In this document: piece by piece, positions 57,130 to 64,000 of the stretch
Layout of the letters: the number at the start of each line of letters is the position of its first letter
Position numbering within the stretch: position 1 is the stretch's first letter
DNA from: Nitrososphaerota archaeon
GTDB taxonomy: Archaea; Thermoproteota; Nitrososphaeria_A; Caldarchaeales; Caldarchaeaceae
Length of the DNA stretch: 64,000 nt
NCBI GenBank assembly: GCA_041641305.1
Contig: JBEPYN010000002.1
Location: 416,001 to 480,000 of the forward strand
Direction: 5' to 3'
Notes under the pieces: model-generated
Told to the model about the DNA's origin: nothing
Seen by the model: the letters and a program-made list of their open reading frames with translations, nothing else
Databases searched by the model: none
Translations under genes and position numbers: made by a program

Positions 57130-58394
57130 TTCGCCAACATGTTTAACATCTTTTCAAGCGAGTCGGTGACCTGTGTTCTGGTGGTGAGGTCGCGGAGAGT
57201 AACTGTGCCGTCTGCGGCCTCCCTGTCACCTATGATGACCAGGCTCCTTATTCCCCTGTTCACAGCCGTTTCGATGGCGTCGCCCAGCTTCTTCCGAGAC
57301 ACGTCAACAGAAACACTGTATCCATTTTTTCTCAAGAGGTCTGCTACGCGTAGAGCGTAGGATGACGCTTTGTCGGATAATACGGTGAGCAGGATGCTGG
57401 GGGGAACGGTGTAGTCTGTGTTTTTTCTGCTGAGGAGATGCATCTGGATGCGGGTTATGCCGATGGAGCAGCCGACTGCTGGAGTAGGTTTTCCGCCGAA
57501 GAGCTCCACTAACCCGTCGTAGCGGCCGCCGCCGTTAAACGACAGCTGTTCTCCTTCGAGTTTCTGCTCGAAAATCATACCTGTATAGTATTCGAGGCCT
57601 CGTGCAAAGCCGAGATCCACTTCGATTGAGATGCTTGGGTCAACGTTTCTGATGAGCGAAACAATTGCTTCGAGGTTTTCCAGCGACTGTGATGCCTTGG
57701 GCCATGGTGAAACGATGTCCCGGGCCTTCTCAATCACTTTTATGTCTCCACGGTGTTCGGCGAGGCGCCAAAGCGTTTCCACCGCCTCTTTTTCGAGATG
57801 CTGTTCCATCAGCTCCCGTGCCTCTGTATACATTTTGCGGTCGAGGAGAGAAAGTACAGTGTCCTGCGTTTTCTGCTCAACATTCTCCATTATTCCACGC
57901 AATATCCCCACGTGCCCAATCTTGAAACGCTGTTCAACAAGCCCAAGCCGTTGGAAAACATCTCTGCTGGCCAAGATAATCTCCGCATCACTCATTGGGT
58001 CTCTGCTACCGAAAAGCTCAAGACCCCCTTGCCAAAACCTCCTCCTCCTACCCCACTGCGGCTCATCATATCTGTAACAGTCGGCGATGTAGCCAAGACG
58101 GAGTGGCAGAGGCCTCCGCGAAAGCTTGGATGCCACAAGCCGTGCAACAGATGCTGTGACCTCGGGGCGAAGCACGAGTTTGCGGCCGTGAGGGTCGTCG
58201 AAAACAAACATACGATGCCTAATCTCTTCACCAGACTTCGCCTCAAAGAGTTCGAGATATTCGAGGGTGGGTGTCTCAACCTCCTCGTAGCCATAGAGAC
58301 GGTAAACCTCACGGATGACATCCACTATGCGCTGCTTCACCGCGAACTCTTCGGGAAGCAGGTCATCCATACCACGTGGAGGCTCGAATGACAC
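57126..58394 (-). CDS. hisS: histidyl-tRNA synthetase
   Basis: PRGM.D, LRPE.TASVAR, YRYDEPQ.GR.R.F.Q, ARGLEYYTG and GGGRYD.L. Confidence 0.95.
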   Translation of the reverse strand: MSFEPPRGMDDLLPEEFAVKQRIVDVIREVYRLYGYEEVETPTLEYLELFEAKSGEEIRHRMFVFDDPHGRKLVLRPEVTASVARLVASKLSRRPLPLRLGYIADCYRYDEPQWGRRRRFWQGGLELFGSRDPMSDAEIILASRDVFQRLGLVEQRFKIGHVGILRGIMENVEQKTQDTVLSLLDRKMYTEARELMEQHLEKEAVETLWRLAEHRGDIKVIEKARDIVSPWPKASQSLENLEAIVSLIRNVDPSISIEVDLGFARGLEYYTGMIFEQKLEGEQLSFNGGGRYDGLVELFGGKPTPAVGCSIGITRIQMHLLSRKNTDYTVPPSILLTVLSDKASSYALRVADLLRKNGYSVSVDVSRKKLGDAIETAVNRGIRSLVIIGDREAADGTVTLRDLTTRTQVTDSLEKMLNMLAK

Positions 58395-58488
58395 ACTTCA
58401 CACCTTCCCAAACACTTGCCACCTCTCTATAAATGGTTAACAAATTATGTAGCAATCATCCATCAGCGTTAATACATGCCTCGACAGC

Positions 58489-59646
58489 GTGATAGACATG
58501 GCCAACGGCTCCGCTAAACTGGTTGCCGCGGTTGTCGCCGTAGCGGTCGTTTTGGTGGGCCTCAACTTCTTCTTCTACATCACGGTGAGGGAGGATGTTT
58601 TACGTCTTCAGCAAGCGTTTTCTTCGCTGCAGAACCCAACTGTTGAAAAAACGGTCACCCTCGTCTCGCAAGTCACCTCTGTGGTGACCGTCGCGGGAAA
58701 CCGTCCCAGCTACGCCGACATCTACGACATGGTGAAGGGCTCGGTGGTTTTGATCCGTGTCTTTTCTCAAGCTGGTGCGGCTGTGGGCACGGGGTTTGTG
58801 TATGACACGGAGGGCCACATAGTGACAAATAATCACGTTGTCGCAGGTGCTTCAAGCATCAGAGTTGTGTTCTACACGGGGGAGATGTATGCCGCCTCCA
58901 TAGTTGGCACAGATGTTGACAGCGACTTAGCCGTGATAAAGCTGGAGAACCCGCCGAAGAACCTTAAGCCACTTAAGCTCGGCAACTCTACAGAGCTCAG
59001 AATAGGTGAGGAGGTTGTGGCCATCGGTAACCCGTTTGGGCTTGAGGGAACCCTGACCACGGGTGTGGTGAGCCAGAAGGGCAGACTTCTGCCGACGGGC
59101 AGAGGCTACTCAATACCGGGCGTCATACAGACAGACGCGGCCATCAACCCGGGAAACTCCGGAGGCCCCCTACTCAACATGAGGGGGGAGGTTGTCGGCG
59201 TCAACACCGCGATTGAGCCGGGCGGGGTCGGAATCGGATACGCCGTGCCATCGTCGATAGTTGCCCGGGTTGTTCCAGCCCTGATAAAAGACGGGGTCTA
59301 TAGACGGAGCTGGCTTGGGATAAGCGGCACAACCCTTGACATGGACATAGCCTCTGCAGGAGGATACAACGTCACCCGAGGAGTCCTGATAACACAGGTC
59401 GTGAACAACAGTCCTGCACAGAGAGCTGGTCTAAGAGGAGGGGACAGAACGGTGGTTGTTAACGGTGTTCAGATTGTTGTTGGCGGAGACGTGATAGTAG
59501 CCGTCAACGGTGTGCCGATACACAGCATCGACGATCTTCTCGTATACATGGAGGAGAAGACCAGCCCCGGCCAAACCATAACGCTAACCATAGTGAGAAA
59601 CAACCAGTTTATTGACGTCTCCCTGTCCCTCGCCACGAGGCCGTAG
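58489..59646 (+). CDS. htrA: HtrA/DegP-like serine protease with PDZ domain
   Basis: GTGF, TNNHVV, DLAVIK, IQTDAAINPGNSGGPL and a C-terminal PDZ domain. Confidence 0.92.
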   Translation: MIDMANGSAKLVAAVVAVAVVLVGLNFFFYITVREDVLRLQQAFSSLQNPTVEKTVTLVSQVTSVVTVAGNRPSYADIYDMVKGSVVLIRVFSQAGAAVGTGFVYDTEGHIVTNNHVVAGASSIRVVFYTGEMYAASIVGTDVDSDLAVIKLENPPKNLKPLKLGNSTELRIGEEVVAIGNPFGLEGTLTTGVVSQKGRLLPTGRGYSIPGVIQTDAAINPGNSGGPLLNMRGEVVGVNTAIEPGGVGIGYAVPSSIVARVVPALIKDGVYRRSWLGISGTTLDMDIASAGGYNVTRGVLITQVVNNSPAQRAGLRGGDRTVVVNGVQIVVGGDVIVAVNGVPIHSIDDLLVYMEEKTSPGQTITLTIVRNNQFIDVSLSLATRP

Positions 59647-59647
59647 A

Positions 59648-60592
59648 CTATGTCTCCTTGACACACCTGTTCCTCAACAGCCCAACCTTCTCAATCTCTG
59701 CCTCCACGACATCTCCGTCCTTTAGAAACTGTTTGCCAGCGGCCGCAACGCCGGCGGGCGTTCCCGTGGCTATGATATCGCCGGGCTCAAGGGTTAATCC
59801 GTCGGAGATATACTCTATCAGTTCACCGATTTTGAAGAACATTTCATCTGTGGAACCGTTCTGACGCACTTCTCCGTTGACCTTCAACACCAGCTTGAGC
59901 GGATACGGGCTGCCTACTTCGTCTCTTGTGACGAGGTAGGGGCCGCATGGCGCTGCTGTGTCGAGGCTTTTGCCGAGTATCCAGTTTTGTCCGAAGGGGT
60001 TCAGCTTCTCCGGCCACCCTGGCGGGAGCTGTTTATCACGGAAGCTTACATCGTTGAAAACCATGTAGCCTGCTATGTATTCTTCCGCCTTATTCGCAGA
60101 AATGTACTTTCCTTTTTTACCGATTACGACAGCGAGCTCTATCTCGTGGTCCACCATGGTTGAGGTACGGGGGATGATTATGTTTTCCCCGTGCCCGATT
60201 AAGCTGTTGCCGAATTTTCCGAAGAAATACGGCTTCTCGGGGACGGTGACCTTCATTTCTTGTCCGTGTAGCACGTAGTTGGCTGCGACGCATAAAATCT
60301 TCTTTGCATCAGGAACAGGGGCCTTGAAAACTATCTCAGATTCTTTGTAGTATACGGGTTTGCCATCTCCAAACTCCGCCGCCTTTTTTCTGAGCTTCTC
60401 CACAAGTCTCGCAGCTTCTTCACCTGCTGTTAATAGGCTTCTCATGGAGTAGAGCCAGCGCGGAGCATCCTCGCCATAAACCAGCCTGTAGGCGGTAGCA
60501 AGGTCTAGCACACCCTTGTCAGTTAACAGCCCAACCCTTCTCTCCTCACATTTTTCAAAAGACAGTAGCTTCATTGGCGACCTACTCGCCAC
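59648..60592 (-). CDS. fumarylacetoacetate hydrolase family protein
   Basis: NY..H, DHEIELAVVIG, NDVS.RD.Q, GKS.DT and TLEPGDIIATGTPAGV. Confidence 0.9.
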   Translation of the reverse strand: MASRSPMKLLSFEKCEERRVGLLTDKGVLDLATAYRLVYGEDAPRWLYSMRSLLTAGEEAARLVEKLRKKAAEFGDGKPVYYKESEIVFKAPVPDAKKILCVAANYVLHGQEMKVTVPEKPYFFGKFGNSLIGHGENIIIPRTSTMVDHEIELAVVIGKKGKYISANKAEEYIAGYMVFNDVSFRDKQLPPGWPEKLNPFGQNWILGKSLDTAAPCGPYLVTRDEVGSPYPLKLVLKVNGEVRQNGSTDEMFFKIGELIEYISDGLTLEPGDIIATGTPAGVAAAGKQFLKDGDVVEAEIEKVGLLRNRCVKET

Positions 60593-60659
60593 AAGCTAGT
60601 ATATCAGTTATTTCTTGAGAAAAAGAAATAAGCCCCTAAACCTTTTTGGTCATGGCGTT

Positions 60660-62144
60660 ATGCAGGTTCAGGAGTTTTTGGGTCTTTCGTTTGGAAGGCT
60701 GCGTCACTTTGTTAACGGAGAGTGGATAGACTCGCGGACGGAGGTCTGGAGACCTGTGTATGATCCGGGTGCGGGACGGGTTATAGCCGAGGTTCCTTAT
60801 GCAACTGATGAGGAGGTCAACGCTGCTGTTGAGGCTGCTGCAGAAGCTTTTGAGAAATGGAGCCGTCAACCTTTCCTCGAACGCGTAAAATACCTTTTCC
60901 AGATGAAGCGTGTCCTAGAGAACCGTTTTGACGAGTTGGCGGCGATCAACACTCTCAACCATGGGAAGACTCTTGAGGAGAGCCGTGGAGACTTGCGGAG
61001 AGCGATTGAGAACGTGGATGCAGCTATTGCGACGGTCTACACGTTGGCGAAGGGTGAGATGATGCATGAGATTTCACCGCGGATTGATGAGTATTCTGTG
61101 AAGGAGCCTCTTGGAGTGTTCGCGGTCATATGTCCATTCAACTTCCCCATCATGATTCCTTTCTGGTTTTTCCCATACGCCATCGTTTTGGGCAATACTG
61201 TTGTGATAAAGCCCAGTGACATAACCCCTGTGCCGATGACACGTGTGATGGAGGTTCTTCAGGAGGAGGTTAAGCTTCCTCCCGGTGTCATAAACCTTGT
61301 CCACGGCGGAAAAGAAACTGCGGAAGCACTCGTCAAACATCCTGAGGTTAAAGGTGTTTGTTTTGTCGGCTCGACACCTGCTGCCAAGAATATCTACAGG
61401 TTAGCGGGTGAGCATGGGAAGCGCTGCATAGCTCAGGGTGGTGCGAAAAACTACATCGTCGTAATGCCTGACGCAGACATGGATGTGACGCTACCTGCCA
61501 CGGTGTCCAGCTTCTTCGGCAACACGGGCCAGAGATGCCTCGCTGGAAGCAACCTTCTCGTCGTCGATAAAGGGTTTAAGAAAAATTTTCTGGACAAGTT
61601 TGCGCGGCGTAGCAAAGAGCTCGTGATAGGACATGGTCTTTTGCATGGTGTTGAGATGGGGCCTCTGGTGAGCAAGGCCGCTCAGACGCGTGTAAAGAGC
61701 TATGTTGAGAAAGGTGTTGAAGAGGGTGCGAGGCTTTTGTTGGACGGTACAGAGGTGAGGGTGCATGAGTTTCCCGACGGATTTTACCTTGGAGCAAACA
61801 TTTTCGACGAAGTAACGCCAGACATGACCATCGCCAGGGAGGAGATATTCGGGCCAGTTGCATCTGTGATAACAGCGTCCAGCATCGACGAAGCCATCGA
61901 AACAATCAACGCGAAGACAGAATATGGAAACATGGCGTGCATCTTCACATCAAACGGCTCAAACGCATCAAAATTCATCAAATACGTCAACGCCGGAAAC
62001 ATCGGCGTAAACATCGGCGTAGCAGCTCCAGCGGCATACTTCCCCTTCGCAGGCAGAAAAAACAGCTTCTACGGAGTGTTACATGGCCAAATGGATTCCG
62101 TCGACTTCTTCACCGACAAAAAAGTCGTGGTGACACGTTGGTGA
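60660..62144 (+). CDS. CoA-acylating (methyl)malonate-semialdehyde dehydrogenase-type aldehyde dehydrogenase
   Basis: PFNFP.MIP.W, FVGST, GGAKN, GQRCLA, EEIFGPV and YGN.ACIFT. Confidence 0.88.
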   Translation: MQVQEFLGLSFGRLRHFVNGEWIDSRTEVWRPVYDPGAGRVIAEVPYATDEEVNAAVEAAAEAFEKWSRQPFLERVKYLFQMKRVLENRFDELAAINTLNHGKTLEESRGDLRRAIENVDAAIATVYTLAKGEMMHEISPRIDEYSVKEPLGVFAVICPFNFPIMIPFWFFPYAIVLGNTVVIKPSDITPVPMTRVMEVLQEEVKLPPGVINLVHGGKETAEALVKHPEVKGVCFVGSTPAAKNIYRLAGEHGKRCIAQGGAKNYIVVMPDADMDVTLPATVSSFFGNTGQRCLAGSNLLVVDKGFKKNFLDKFARRSKELVIGHGLLHGVEMGPLVSKAAQTRVKSYVEKGVEEGARLLLDGTEVRVHEFPDGFYLGANIFDEVTPDMTIAREEIFGPVASVITASSIDEAIETINAKTEYGNMACIFTSNGSNASKFIKYVNAGNIGVNIGVAAPAAYFPFAGRKNSFYGVLHGQMDSVDFFTDKKVVVTRW

Positions 62145-62146
62145 AC

Positions 62147-62228
62147 AGTTGTCCCCCGCCACTAACTCACCGCTTCATAGACGGGCGTTGCACCGTGTCT
62201 CGAGCGGAGCTTAAGGTGTGGCGGGGGC
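62147..62228 (-). ncRNA. probable H/ACA box guide RNA
   Basis: Lower stem CCCCCGCCAC/GUGGCGGGGG directly followed by ACA; internal pocket ACCUUAA.../GAGUUA; K-turn-like GA...UAUGA in the upper stem. Confidence 0.65.
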
Positions 62229-62239
62229 GTATAATATCT

Positions 62240-63913
62240 CTACTCGGCCCGATATAGTTGTTGCATCGTGTATAGTTTATCTAATTCTATTTCGAAGATG
62301 GCTACTGGCATCTCTATGCCGAAGTTTTCCAGAACCGTGGGAGAAACCTCGCCGACGACACCCACTTGTGTACCGTCGAATGTGAGAGCTGCGCATCTCC
62401 CCTCTATGAATGTTCCCATGGCTTCTGGAACGTATTCGGGTTTTAGCTGGAGAAGTTTGAAGAGCTCGTCGAGGACGCTTTTGACCTCGCTGTGGCCTGC
62501 TTCTGCGTGTGCCGTTGCTGCGGCGAGCTTCTTCATCCTCACGGTTTTCTCGGCGGCTGATGGCTCGATGTATATGATGTCGCCGATCTCGAAGATTTTC
62601 TGGGGATATAGGTTGTCTGTGTTGTTTGCGAGGGTTGTCAAAAGTGAGGGGATGAGGGATGTTCTGACCATGGTGTATTCGCGTGTGGCTGGGTTTGCGA
62701 GTATGACATGCTGTGTATCACCTAGGCCAGACATTTGATAGTGTGTTTGCTCGTTTGTTAGCATGAGGTTGTGGACTTCGGTGTAGCCGAGGCCCAGCAT
62801 GATTTCGGCTACTTTTTCGTAGAAAGTTGTTTGAGGCCTTAGAGAGCCATATGTGTTTGACTGAGGGCTGACGGGTGTCATGTTGTTGTATCCGTAGGCG
62901 ACCGCGATGTCTTCGACCAAGTCGACGGGGTGGAGAATGTCTGCACGATGCCGTGGATAAAATACTCGTAGCCTTTTCCCTTTTACACTTGCCTGCATAC
63001 CCATCCTACGCAAAAGCTTCGCCGCCTCCCTCGGCGAAAGCTGCAATCCTGTCAACTTCTGCACCAGCGTCATGTCCAGCATCATCTCGAGAGGTTTAGT
63101 CTCAGGTGTGTAGAAGGATTTCCGTCCATACACGACCCTTACGCGCTGAACTTTCCCGCCAGCGTCTGCAAATGCTTCGGCGAGAATGTTTAGGGCTTGG
63201 TTTACTTTTTCCATGTCTGTGCCAGTTACGTCGATGAAGATGTCTCTTTTGCCAGGTGTGAGCTCGGTTATGGAGGCGTTTACGATGGGCGGCATCGAGA
63301 AAACCTGTCCACGGCTGTCGACGATGACAGGTGCTTTGGCGGCGTCTTTCAGCAGCCAGGCATGTTTCCGGCCTATCTCGCTCTTGGACAACACCTCACC
63401 CGGTGTCATAGCACGGTAATCCTTGAGTGGGACAAACCTAACCTCATCCATTCCGACAGCCTTGTATGTAAATGGTGGAGATATGGCTGAAAGGTCATGT
63501 AGCCCGATAGCCATTTTCCTCCTGTTTCGGCCGATCACCCAGTGAAGATCCTCCTGCATCGCAATAAACTCGACAAGCTCTGCCTCTGAGAGCTCCACGT
63601 TTCTAACCACTGCGCAGACGATGTAGGGCCTGATGTCTTCGACGCTTCTGTCCACGTAGACGCTTATCCCCGAGAGTGGATAGCTTCTTTTTCTCAGGCC
63701 GGCCTCTATTCCGAGATAGCCTCGGAGAGCCGCTGCAACACCGTAGACGCTTGAGAAATCGGGCCTGTTGGGGTTGTATTCCACACGTAGGATGTCGCCT
63801 ACTTCCTCGACGCTCATGCCTAGGGCTGCCAAGTAGTCGGATATTTCCTCGAGTGTAAGGTCTCTGCCCACGAGACGACGAAGCTTCGCAACGTCTATGT
63901 TTACGACCGGCAT
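62240..63913 (-). CDS. pheT: phenylalanyl-tRNA synthetase beta subunit
   Basis: PNRPD, IRPY, QEDLH..IGRNR.K.AIG.HD, SMPPI.N, R.DILH.VD.VEDIA.AYGY and RTSL.PSLL. Confidence 0.95.
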   Translation of the reverse strand: MPVVNIDVAKLRRLVGRDLTLEEISDYLAALGMSVEEVGDILRVEYNPNRPDFSSVYGVAAALRGYLGIEAGLRKRSYPLSGISVYVDRSVEDIRPYIVCAVVRNVELSEAELVEFIAMQEDLHWVIGRNRRKMAIGLHDLSAISPPFTYKAVGMDEVRFVPLKDYRAMTPGEVLSKSEIGRKHAWLLKDAAKAPVIVDSRGQVFSMPPIVNASITELTPGKRDIFIDVTGTDMEKVNQALNILAEAFADAGGKVQRVRVVYGRKSFYTPETKPLEMMLDMTLVQKLTGLQLSPREAAKLLRRMGMQASVKGKRLRVFYPRHRADILHPVDLVEDIAVAYGYNNMTPVSPQSNTYGSLRPQTTFYEKVAEIMLGLGYTEVHNLMLTNEQTHYQMSGLGDTQHVILANPATREYTMVRTSLIPSLLTTLANNTDNLYPQKIFEIGDIIYIEPSAAEKTVRMKKLAAATAHAEAGHSEVKSVLDELFKLLQLKPEYVPEAMGTFIEGRCAALTFDGTQVGVVGEVSPTVLENFGIEMPVAIFEIELDKLYTMQQLYRAE

Positions 63914-63914
63914 A

Positions 63915-64000
63915 TCACATACCCCTCATCGCTCTAAACACTTGCAAGGGTGAGACTTCTCTGAGCCATCGGAGGTCGTTGAGGTGGAAGGTTCTGATGT
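63915..64000 (-). CDS. pheS: phenylalanyl-tRNA synthetase alpha subunit, C-terminal end only
   Basis: My translation IRTFHLNDLRWLRE...* matches the PheS C-terminus; directly upstream of pheT. Confidence 0.75.
   Translation of the reverse strand, partial: IRTFHLNDLRWLREVSPLQVFRAMRGM

Noticed and set aside
55357-63858. Many short antisense or overlapping ORFs in the housekeeping region
   Set aside because: They overlap confident genes and carry no motifs.

Overview
Archaeal DNA, judged from archaeal HisS/PheT, a GatD fragment, PriL, Hel308, a tRNA with a bulge-helix-bulge (BHB) intron and GGAGG/GGTG ribosome-binding sites. A thermophilic TACK-group host such as an aigarchaeon is my inference, not something the window proves. 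About 1-47 kb looks like an accessory, probably integrated, DNA-transfer element; no integrase or left end is in the window. It has three parts. (1) A leftward cluster of Ced/Ted-like (VirB2/VirB6/VirB4/VirD4-like) transfer genes runs on into Hel308, ParB, two RadA/RecA-family paralogs and an AAA+ ATPase. (2) An iteron-rich, AT-rich origin/promoter-like switch point lies at about 33.2-33.6 kb. (3) A rightward arm is full of GC-rich hairpin cassettes and encodes a HerA-like ATPase, Zn-finger proteins, an XPD-like helicase, PriL and a DNA methyltransferase. Main discovery: four protein-coding genes in the rightward arm are interrupted by short tRNA-type BHB introns (99, 66, 61 and 21 nt). Cutting at the canonical BHB positions removes a stop or frameshift in each gene and rebuilds conserved motifs in three (DWKGEY, Walker A GLGKT, methyltransferase motif I DPMAGIGGTF). 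Second candidate system: a short IS110/Tas-like protein is followed directly by a stem-loop carrying two symmetric ATGTC-N9-AACG units, which resembles a dual-guide RNA. About 47-64 kb is ordinary host chromosome: toxin-antitoxin pairs, an intron-containing tRNA-Arg, hisS, htrA, an aldehyde dehydrogenase, pheT/pheS and a probable H/ACA guide RNA.
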